64,000 bases of DNA, from contig CAWFJP010000003.1 in NCBI GenBank assembly GCA_963816145.1, positions 64,001 through 128,000 on the forward strand, in the 5' to 3' direction. The position numbers were made by a program, and so were the translations under genes. Below, piece after piece: positions 58,401-64,000 of the stretch. The notes beneath the pieces are model-generated. The model ran no database searches, was not told where the DNA came from, and was given only the letters and a program-made list of their open reading frames with translations. Within the stretch, counting starts at the first letter, position 1; each line of letters starts with the position of its first letter. The stretch comes from an uncultured delta proteobacterium (GTDB lineage: Bacteria > Desulfobacterota > Binatia > UBA9968).

Positions 58401-59593
58401 GCTAGGGGGATTCGTACAGTTGCGTATTGCGCCGGTTTCACATCCGATGTATTTCGGCCCGCGTAGGGGAGTCTCATAGGCTGTAATTCGTCCAGCCTCT
58501 TCACCCAGAATCCTTCATGCTTACACGCCGACGCGTAACAATCCGTGATTCGCCTCGCGATCTCCGGATCAAGGTCCGTGAACCGATCCCCTTGACGCAG
58601 CTCAAACCGTGCCACAAGGTCGGAAATCGGTAGCGGTTGACCGTCGATGGTCAGCGCCATGCGCAGCGCGATATCGCGGTCCGCTGTAGATACCTTGAGA
58701 GAGCCGCGCTCTATGGCTGTAATGGTCCCTGGGGGGGTGTCGGATGTAGAGTCGAGAACGGCAATCTTCGTAACGATGAAGAACGCTCTTCCCTTGGCGA
58801 GCTTCGGGAGACCCAGTGGGTTGGGATAACGTCCGAAGTCCAAAGCGCGAACGAAGGCATCGATATCATGGGCTCGGCCGTTCCAGCTAAGAACGCATCC
58901 CGCAGCGGGTCTCTTGTACCGCGGGAAGAAAGAGCGTTTGTCAGGGTCTTGCTTCCGCACCGACGCGCGGTCGGATGACAGGTCTTCGACCAGCTCAGCG
59001 AATGAACGAATGGCAGCGTCGTAGCATTTTGCATTGAGGGTGAAGGCGGTTTCGTCATCGGCGATGTCCACGCTACACTGTTGCAGTATATTGCCCGCGT
59101 CGATCAAATCTGTCATCTCGTGCCAGGTGACCCCATGGGTCGTCTCCCGCTGCATGATGGCCCAGCTGGTAGCGTGACTCCCCGCGTACTTAGGTAAGAG
59201 GGCATCGTGGTAGTTGATGGCATACCTGCCCGGCAGCTCCAATAAGTTTTTGGGCAAGATCCGGCTGTTGACGATACTGAAAAGATAATCGAAAGAGCAC
59301 CGGCTCATGAACAGGATAAGGTCATCCGTTGGCTCCATGTGAGCAACGGCCTTACCCTCCGCCCAGCGAAGAATCGATGCATCCCGGGAGATAATGCCGC
59401 AGATCTCGTGTCCACGATCTAAAACTATTTCCCCACATTGTATCGGTAGGGTTCCCTCTCCGACAATAAAACAACGGAATTGATCGCGTTTATAGATGCT
59501 CTTCGCCGCAGCGATTTCACACTGCTTTTTCTCCGGAGATTGCTGCGTCGGCACTGAGGGTCCGTTTCTGATATGATCGGTCATAATTCTCAC
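49484..59593 (-). CDS. NRPS: formyltransferase - partial C - A-T - C-A-T - C-A-T - C-terminal docking-like helix (no TE/R)
   Basis: INYHDALLPKYAG..GVTWH..IDAG (formyltransferase); three YTSGSTG A domains; HHIASDG and HHSVSDG C domains; three LGGHSL PCPs. Confidence 0.95.
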   Translation of the reverse strand: MRIMTDHIRNGPSVPTQQSPEKKQCEIAAAKSIYKRDQFRCFIVGEGTLPIQCGEIVLDRGHEICGIISRDASILRWAEGKAVAHMEPTDDLILFMSRCSFDYLFSIVNSRILPKNLLELPGRYAINYHDALLPKYAGSHATSWAIMQRETTHGVTWHEMTDLIDAGNILQQCSVDIADDETAFTLNAKCYDAAIRSFAELVEDLSSDRASVRKQDPDKRSFFPRYKRPAAGCVLSWNGRAHDIDAFVRALDFGRYPNPLGLPKLAKGRAFFIVTKIAVLDSTSDTPPGTITAIERGSLKVSTADRDIALRMALTIDGQPLPISDLVARFELRQGDRFTDLDPEIARRITDCYASACKHEGFWVKRLDELQPMRLPYAGRNTSDVKPAQYATVRIPLAEEVVAFLEHRRADWSTEDFLLGVFAAYLSRIGGDRPFDIGFSDIELRRNLVGLEGFFASHLPLRVNADCTRSFAEFFHGLREQVKLVRQHETYARDVVARYPVLRSSARLPGAHTLSVIVDQTERPDGYEPATGSELTLLLPKNRAECRLVYDARVLEEDSVRRISGQLDRFLRDIATDSGRRIADFHLLSEAESHQLLVEFNDTDAEYPKERCVHELFEIQVEKTPDAIALVFEEQQLTYRELSNRANQLAHYLQKLGVGPEVLVGICLERSIEMIVGLLAILKAGGAYVPLDPTYPKERLAFMIGDSQAPVVLTQSKLLEQLPTRSIQNRTICLDTDWKTVAQESAENPTNGAKNENLAYVIYTSGSTGNPKGVMVEHRSLVNYLCWFSESPLAEKALNLPVTTRLTFDASLKQLFPPLLHGNQVFLVSDAAINQPANLLEAIRCRDRFSLNCVPSLWNAVTDAIDSDPDLVPPEALSSLLLGGENPSRQLLEKTFATYPGLDVWNLYGPTEATVNATVARLHPDSPIIIGRPIGNTQVYILDPHLNPVPIAVAGEIHIGGEGLARGYWNRPELTTEKFISNPFSDTPGSRLFKTGDIARYLPDGNIEFLGRIDDQVKLRGYRIELAEIETVLGQHPAIQHTVVLAREDSPGDKRLVAYIVATAGSNPSAQDLRRFLQQKLPEYMVPSAIMFLESLPLTPNGKLDRNALPAPDQCRPELDETFVAARTPVEKILASIWADVLKLDKVGIHDNFFELGGHSLLATQVLSRVNHSFQVKIQLRRLFETPTIATLAASIGASLGTEEDLQRIPPIVSTPRRSEVPLSFAQQRLWFLDQLEPGYSAYNIPVALRLTGPLDVTAFERSLSEILRRHDALRTTFPQVNGQPVQVILPFEPIKLTLLNLQEQDENEREALALRLAAEEARRSFDLVRGPLLRACLLRLDQDEHVLLITIHHIASDGWSMGILFRELSVIYEAFSRGQPSPLAELPIQYVDFAVWQREWLQGGALERDLAYWKQQLAGAPAMLELPTDRPRTPVQSFRGAREPVTLPKSLSELLNALSRREGVTLFMTLLAAFKVLLSRYIDRCDIVLGTPIAGRTDAKTEELIGFFANTLVLRTDLSGDPTFRVLLKRVREVSLEAYNHQELPFEKVVELVQPERDLSYNPLFQVLFALHNTPPTLLKLPGLVVDPLDVEYGTARFDLALDLREQPQGLIGSLEYNTDLFDAATITRMLGHFQTLLECVTADPDQRLSTLSILTETEWQQVLDAWNGKAIQQKRDKCLHELFESQVERAPDAVAVVCEGKRLTYRELNRRANQLANHLRKLGVQPEVPVGICVERSVHMVVGLLAILKAGGAYVPLDPNYPTERLAYVLDDIQAPVVITQQHLKERLPEAHAAVISLDADWKMIAEESQENLAVQMTSENLAYVIYTSGSTGRPKGVQILHRSVARLLEATRPLFGFDEHDVWTVFHSYAFDFSVWEIWGALLQGGRLVVVPLQVAQSPAAFRDLLHRERVTVLNQTPSAMRQLIGELPETLKSAGELDIRLIICGGEAFPMDLASKSLEFGVPVWNFYGPTEATVWAAINPITSTGSEGNLIPIGRPMADRQIYLLDRNLQAVPVGVAGEIHIGGAGLARGYLMRPELTAEKFIPDPFSNEPGARLYKTGDSARYLRDGAIDFLGRIDNQVKLRGYRIELGEIEATLGQHPSIEESIVLAREDSPGDKRLVAYTVAAAGSNPSAQNLRSFLQHKLPDFMVPSAFVFLDSLPLTPNGKLDRNALPAPDHSRPELEDAFAAPRTPVEENLANIWAVVLKLDKIGIHDNFFGLGGHSLLATQVVSRIRDAFKLDLPLRSLFESSTVAGLAERIEKIRHKEQGPQIPPLLAVSRDKDLPLSFAQQRLWFLDQLDPGKSLYTIPSAIRLRGELNVRALEQSLQEIVDRHEALRTSFPTVGDKAVQVIAPSLPLKLPIVDLSARAEPEQEALEFVGEESRRAFDLSRGPLFRAPLLRLSRQDHILLLTLHHSVSDGWSMAVLYRELSALYEAFSNGKPSPLVPLPIQYADFAVWQRQWLQGELLEHQLSYWREQLAELEVLQLPTDRPRPAVQSYRGEKQSTELSEALTQGLKVLSGSHGVTLYMTLLAAFQALLRRHTGQVDIAVGSPIANRNHHATESLIGFFVNTLVIRTDLSGSPTFRELLGRVREVALEAYAHQDLPFEKLVEELQPERDLSRTPFFQVFFNMLGPGDGEFSLKGLSAERIATGDADSKFDLTTYVSEQDEKLKLTLAYNADLFESDTISNLLGHYCNLLEGIVENPDRQISRYSLLTQNQRRDFTNQSQPIAPNHRFVQFRKQDIEQSLCSRFEQQARLFPTKLALTTQEHQWSYAELNRQANRIAHTLLKHCGQGGERIALLFDHGAPMVAAILGVLKSNNAYVPLDRFHPQERLAYISGNCRTAVFVSDRNNLAQALALGNRTVPVIDVDDIDGATPIDNPALAVSPNALAYILYTSGSTGQPKGVMQNHRNVLHHIRCYTNNLHIGCDDKLTLLSTYGFDAAVQDIFGALLNGATLCPLDVKTLAPAALVEQIVKQTATIYHSTPTVYRYLFSGLSGQEDLSAIRMIVLGGEEVQKTDVDLFKKHGSQECILVNGLGPTESTLTLQHFITHKTQLSAHRVPVGYPVEDTEVVLLDETGMATEVYGEIGIRSEHVALGYWDRPKLTAASFLTDPQGGTRRLYRTGDMGRLLPDGSIGFCGRKDFQVKIRGYRIELGEIEAVLAQHPSVTVSVVLASEDSPDDRRLVAYIVAAAGSVPSAHELRSFLHRKLPEFMVPSAYVFLNSLPLTPNGKLDRKALPAPDHNRAELENSFAAPRTSVEEILADIWAEVLKHDKVGIHDNFFHLGGHSLLATQIVSRIHGAFGIELPLRCMFESPTVADLAMRITEQQAQGASKLELTQLLRELEAMTDNEAQKVYETSRRN

Positions 59594-59644
59594 ACCCGCC
59601 GGCGCTGCAAGGATTGAATAGAAACTCCGGTCGCCGTCATAACT

Positions 59645-59857
59645 TTATTGCTTCTTCCGTTCTGACTCAGCGCGCGGTCCCGCTGGCGTTTTTGCCCAGC
59701 CCACAAAAGTGTCTCGATGCGCTCGGAAATCGTTTGTTAGTTTAAATGCGTCGATTTCGAGATGCTGCAAAGTTTGACCGATGCACCGAAGAGCTCGGGC
59801 GAAATTGTGACGCTGGCATAATGTTATCACGTCGACCTCTCGGTTTGGTTCTTTCAT
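59645..59857 (-). pseudogene. truncated homolog of the hypothetical protein at 8168..8659
   Basis: NFARALRCIGQTLQHLEIDAFKL vs SYERQLRSIGQSLEAQRIWVFEL; similarity ends after ~40 aa. Confidence 0.5.
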
Positions 59858-60473
59858 AATTAAGTTTCGGAAAATTCATTAATCATAGCATATTTCGTGC
59901 CGTTTTTATTATTTCGGACATTGCAGCAAATTTTTCACATGATTTATAATCTGTCTTAAAATCTCTGACACAACTGGAGGTATTATCCGTACTTTTCCCC
60001 CTCCAGGGCGTTGTTAGTCTTTTTCTAGACGGTCTAAGAAAAATCGAAGCTAGAAACTTCGTGTTCACGACGGTCTGTTTGTAATTTTCAACTCCTCCGG
60101 TCCAAGGTCTTAACCGACTGCCGGCCGCACTCCATGCGGTTACCGTGGGTCGAAGCGCGCCCACGTAGACTTAAACTCCGGAAGCGGCGGCGGCGCGCTG
60201 GGGTCCATTTCTCCAAAGGCGCTATGTGAAATTGCCAGTGGTAAAGCGAGCGACTTGAATCCGTATGCTAAGGCGTAGCTCGTAACGCGGCAACGTGAAC
60301 CGTATGGTGCGGACGATTGAGGAGTGTTGACATTCGATTGAAGCGTCGTTCGATTTTTGTTTCCATCGGTGTTTCCACAAGGGTTGGAATCACAACGCAC
60401 CAGCACGGAAGCGAGAATGCCTAAGCGTTGAATTTTGCTTGTTGCTGATACATGCTGATCAGCGTTCGAGACA

Positions 60474-60521
60474 ACTTCGGATCTGAGGGTTGGGGGTTCA
60501 AATCCCTCCTGGCGCGCCATT
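60474..60521 (+). repeat. attR: duplicated 3' part of tRNA-Arg
   Basis: acttcggatctgagggttgggggttcaaatccctcctggcgcgccatt; begins at the anticodon loop and lacks the 5' half. Confidence 0.9.
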
Positions 60522-60554
60522 TGATAATCATCATCAACATCGCCCGCACCATGA

Positions 60555-60995
60555 ATGGAAAATCCGCTGCGCAAGCAAATTGAAGTCGTCGCCGGGTTAA
60601 TCTTCGATCGGCACAAATTGTTGGTATGCCAGCGCCATCACAGCGCCGCGTTTCCACTCAAGTGGGAGTTCCCCGGCGGCAAGATTGAAGCAGGGGAGTC
60701 GGACACGGCGGCGCTGGCACGGGAGCTAAAAGAAGAGCTTGATATCCGTGCCGGTAGGATGAAACAGCTTCATCGACATCTCCATACTTATCCAGACGGC
60801 CCTGTTGTTTCTCTGAGCTTTTTTCACGTCCTCGATTACCAAGGTGAGATCAAAAATCTGGTTTTTGAACAGATTGCCTGGTCCGAGTTGGCGAGATTAT
60901 TGAATTTTGACTTCCTCGACGGCGATTTGCCCTTGGTGCAACAGCTTGTGCAAGGGAAATTCTCGGCAGATCTCTTTGGCGGCGGGGGATATTAG
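60555..60995 (+). CDS. MutT/NudG-like (d)NTP pyrophosphohydrolase
   Basis: KWEFPGGKIEAGESDTAALARELKEEL. Confidence 0.9.
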   Translation: MENPLRKQIEVVAGLIFDRHKLLVCQRHHSAAFPLKWEFPGGKIEAGESDTAALARELKEELDIRAGRMKQLHRHLHTYPDGPVVSLSFFHVLDYQGEIKNLVFEQIAWSELARLLNFDFLDGDLPLVQQLVQGKFSADLFGGGGY

Positions 60996-61085
60996 CATTG
61001 AGGCGGATTTACCGAGCCATATTGGATTTGACAGCCCGGCGCGGTGAAGCTATCCTGTGGTCACTTCAAAGCTCCTCAACATCTC

Positions 61086-61694
61086 ATGACCCGAACACTC
61101 GTCGCTCTTAGCGTGTTGTCAATTTTCGCTGCCTTGGTTCAGCCTGTCCAGGCGGATGTCTACATGTACAAGGACAAGCAGGGGGTTTTGACCTTCACTA
61201 ATGTGCCGAACCATACCGGTTACAAGCGCATTCTCAAAGAAGGTCCCGCCCGGTCGGGTAGCGGCAATGCAACCAGCGCATCCTTTGACGACCTGATTCT
61301 CTCCGCCTCGGGCCGCTACAATGTCGACCCGGATTTGATTCGGGCGGTCATCAAGACCGAGTCCGATTTTAATACCAATGCGCGGTCGAATAAGGGCGCC
61401 ATGGGTTTGATGCAGCTCATGCCCGACACCGCGCGCTTGAACAATGTCAGCGATGCCTACGACCCCAATGCCAACGTCGAAGGCGGCGTGCGCCATCTAA
61501 GAATGCTGCTGGAACGCTATCAAGGCGATCTTGAGCTCTCCTTGGCCGCCTACAATGCCGGCGCCGGCGCGGTCGAAAAGCATGGCGGCATTCCACCCTA
61601 CAACGAGACCCGCGAATATGTCCGCAAGGTACTGCGCTTCTACGACGCCTTTCGCGGCACTGGTCTCAACTCTCTACAACAAGCGCGCCAATAG
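61086..61694 (+). CDS. SLT-domain lytic transglycosylase with N-terminal DUF4124-like segment
   Basis: YKDKQGVLTFTN, AVIKTES, GAMGLMQLMP, AAYNAG, ETREYV. Confidence 0.92.
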   Translation: MTRTLVALSVLSIFAALVQPVQADVYMYKDKQGVLTFTNVPNHTGYKRILKEGPARSGSGNATSASFDDLILSASGRYNVDPDLIRAVIKTESDFNTNARSNKGAMGLMQLMPDTARLNNVSDAYDPNANVEGGVRHLRMLLERYQGDLELSLAAYNAGAGAVEKHGGIPPYNETREYVRKVLRFYDAFRGTGLNSLQQARQ

Positions 61695-61730
61695 CGCTTC
61701 GCATTTCACTATCGTTTCTTTGAGGCACCG

Positions 61731-62300
61731 ATGGTTTGGACACTGCCGAACCTGCTCAGTCTATTTCGCATTCTGATCATTCCGCTGCTGGTTTATTTGC
61801 TCAGCTTTCCGGACCGGCGCTCCGCGTTATGGTCGGCGGCGCTCTTTGTGGTGGCCGCGATCACCGATTACTTCGACGGCTACTTCGCACGCCGCAACAA
61901 AAGTGTTTCCGAGCTTGGCAAGATACTCGATCCGTTGGCGGACAAACTTATGGTCGCATCGGCTTTGATCATGCTCGCGGCATTGGACCGCCCGGGCGAG
62001 CCCAGCGTGCCCGCCTGGCTGGTGGTGGTGATTTTGGCGCGTGAAAGCGCCGTCACGATCATTCGCGGCATCGCGCTTAGCGACGGCATCGTCATGCACG
62101 CCGAGACTTTGGGCAAGTATAAATTCATCCTGCAATCCTACGCGATCGTCGGCTTGCTGGTGCATTATCGCTATTGGGGCTTCGACTTCTTCGTCGCCGG
62201 GATGTACTTCCTAGTGCTATCCGCCGTCATCGCGGTCTGGTCCGGGGTCAACTACCACGTGCAGTTCTTTCGCCTGCGCTTGGCGCGCAGTGCCAGCTAA
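61731..62300 (+). CDS. pgsA: CDP-diacylglycerol--glycerol-3-phosphate 3-phosphatidyltransferase
   Basis: LPNLLSLFR, TDYFDGYFAR..LGKILDPLADK; conserved pgsA-tRNA-Gly synteny. Confidence 0.95.
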   Translation: MVWTLPNLLSLFRILIIPLLVYLLSFPDRRSALWSAALFVVAAITDYFDGYFARRNKSVSELGKILDPLADKLMVASALIMLAALDRPGEPSVPAWLVVVILARESAVTIIRGIALSDGIVMHAETLGKYKFILQSYAIVGLLVHYRYWGFDFFVAGMYFLVLSAVIAVWSGVNYHVQFFRLRLARSAS

Positions 62301-62352
62301 TCCGCCGGCGAAATTGACAAAGCGGCTGCCTTCATGTAGAAATTTATTCACT

Positions 62353-62429
62353 GCGGGTGTAGCTCAGTTGGCTAGAGCGTATGCTTGCCAAGCATAAGGT
62401 CGTCGGTTCGACCCCGATCACCCGCTCCA
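62353..62429 (+). tRNA. tRNA-Gly(GCC)
   Basis: GCGGGTG/CACCCGC acceptor stem, TATGC-TTGCCAA-GCATA anticodon arm, CCA end. Confidence 0.97.
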
Positions 62430-62434
62430 CTTTC

Positions 62435-62468
62435 AAGCCCCTGGGAAACCAGGGGCTTTTTCTTTTTT
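62435..62468 (+). terminator. rho-independent terminator after tRNA-Gly
   Basis: aagcccctgg-gaaa-ccaggggctt-tttctttttt. Confidence 0.9.
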
Positions 62469-62506
62469 GAGGGAGTGGGGGGAGGAACCTGGCTAGCAAG
62501 ACGGTT

Positions 62507-62710
62507 TCACCTGGGTTGAACTTTTTCCGGGAAAATCTGCTTGCAAATCGAGGGGGGCTTGACCGAGTTTTCGCGGCTCTGATTTTCGATGAAATCGCGC
62601 CGCGTACCGCCGTCCTCGATGTATTTGGCGTAGTCGGCCTCAAGCGTTTTGGTGCTGTCGCCGCTCTGCTTCGAGATAAAACTGGAGCTGGCGCCGATCG
62701 ACTGGTTGCG
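62507..62710 (-). pseudogene. possible C-terminal remnant of a tyrosine integrase
   Basis: Minus frame reads SIGASSSFISKQSGDSTKTLEADYAKYIE, resembling the box II/catalytic Tyr region, and points toward the tRNA. Confidence 0.45.
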
Positions 62711-62739
62711 GCGAGAGATGGTGGCGACGCATGATCGGC

Positions 62740-62983
62740 CTACCTTAACAAAGTCGAGTAATTTATCATGCGCGAGTGGAAGCTAACACCTAATAGTAAT
62801 CGCCTAAAGGTGACGTTGCTTAACATTCTCGCCCGGAACGGCTGCTTTTTGTTTGTGAGAGTCGAGAAGAGTTCGGGAAACCCGACGTTCGACGATTCGG
62901 CAGTCCAAGCAGTACGGCGTGCCAGTCCATTTCTCCCGCCGCCAAAATCATTTCCTATTGGTGACCTCCGCATAATCCCTTGA
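62740..62983 (+). pseudogene. TolA/TonB C-terminal domain fragment
   Basis: YLNKVE*FIMREW...VEKSSGNPTFDDSAVQAVRRASPFLPPP; no N-terminal anchor; in-frame stop. Confidence 0.6.
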
Positions 62984-63219
62984 ACCGACGCGGCCCGTAT
63001 CAGCGAATCCGCTGCCCAACAAGCTTCCAAGGCAAGAGATTTCAGCTATTCAGGTCGGAGGACCAATCTTTTGCTGCGAAACGTGCTCGAATGATCGCCG
63101 AGAAACTGGCGAGTCATATATCTGAGTGTGTCGAAGCCTCGTACAGCTCAATCCTGTAGCGAAGTTGAGCATTCGCACATCACGACCCGTGAAGGAAATC
63201 TTCGATAGTTGTCCAACCG

Positions 63220-63265
63220 CTAGTATACCAACCTTGGTCTTGATCACCTTATCTGCTGTTGTCAT
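63220..63265 (-). pseudogene. N-terminal stub resembling an IS481-family transposase
   Basis: MTTADKVIKTKVGIL with RBS gagg, after which similarity is lost. Confidence 0.35.
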
Positions 63266-64000
63266 CTCGCCTCGCTTCCTTCCTGCAGCTCTCAGCTGCC
63301 TTTTGGACTACGAGGACTCTATCATGACTGGCAGATTTAGTCTTAGCACTTACAAATCAAGCGCTATTCGTTGTCGTCACTTGCGAACTCTAAGGCAGCT
63401 TCGTCTTTATGGCACAGGCTCCCTGCCTACAAGCGACGCTCTGACTAAACTGACAACCATTTTATCGCTGCATTCTAATCGACAAACTCTCGAACACGAT
63501 ACGAACCCACGCCCAAGTTGCAGCAGCGTCAAATCTTGGTAGTTGCTTTCACTCCATAGAAGGATACGCTCGAGTTGGGACGCAAAGCCAAGCAGCCGAA
63601 CGAGAATAGTTGTCGCGTTTATTCCCTAAACGGCAATGATTGTCTCAAGAGTCGTAAGCCGTACATCGCTCCTCTTGATTTTTTTGCTCAAGATTGCAAA
63701 AAGCTAGGACCGTATCCGCTAGTACGCGGCTGCAACTTGTCGAATAGATGCGCTATGAAATGAAGCGAATTGCAATGGAACAAACAAAAGCAACACGAGG
63801 TGTGAACGAGTGCTAAATCACGAACAACAATATTCGATTTGGCCAGTGAAAAAATCGATTCCTCTCGGTTGGGAAAATGCGGGGAAGGAGGGGCCCGAGG
63901 GCGGATTGTCTGGCTTATATCAAGGAAGTGTGGACCGATATAAGATCGCTACGCTTGAAAAACATCGTGAGAAACAACTCCAAGGAATAGCAACGCGGCT

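Larger units (their letters stand above)
49218..60521. mobile_element. tRNA-Arg-anchored genomic island (attL 49218-49265, attR 60474-60521), no integrase
   Basis: 48-bp direct repeat of the tRNA 3' part with 2 mismatches flanking the NRPS gene. Confidence 0.8.

Noticed and set aside
60020-60043. Near-palindrome tttttctagac-g-gtctaagaaaaa upstream of the NRPS
   Set aside because: Single imperfect copy in AT-rich DNA with no regulator in the island; could be chance.
60140-60616. 158-aa minus-strand ORF containing MARQEGFEPPTLRSE
   Set aside because: This is the antisense translation of the tRNA-derived attR sequence; the same artefact occurs at 62344..62643.

Overview
GC-rich bacterial chromosomal window; the gene-family mix (orphan NMT1-type solute-binding proteins, UbiD, amidohydrolase, several Mo-hydroxylases, atypical NRPS A-T proteins) suggests Candidatus Binatia, but that is inference only. 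Housekeeping content includes an Lhr-family helicase, dgkA, mlaC-like, thiI, ygfZ-like, cysS, pgsA, tRNA-Arg(UCG) and tRNA-Gly(GCC). The top observation is missed by the ORF track. Two paralogous BCP/PrxQ peroxiredoxin genes (25835..26302 and 29932..30396) each have an in-frame TGA at codon 45, where the peroxidatic Cys belongs (TPG-U-TKEAC), followed by a SECIS-like hairpin, so both are probably selenoproteins. They bracket a CysL-type LysR regulator, a fungal-Egt1-like sulfoxide synthase with no EgtD nearby, a DUF427 protein and a signal-less PhnD-fold protein. This is a candidate selenium/antioxidant (ergothioneine/selenoneine-type) locus. Also present: an integrase-less ~11 kb island at tRNA-Arg (46/48 bp att duplication) carrying one formyltransferase-initiated 3-module NRPS with no release domain; a stand-alone atypical A-T protein beside an IS110/RAYT chimeric relic; several families of short palindromic repeats, including 8-9 bp-period hairpins at operon junctions and a repeat-derived in-frame insertion in Lhr; and a decayed integrase/IS481/TolA-like region after tRNA-Gly. 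Two genes carry single-base frameshifts that may be sequencing errors.
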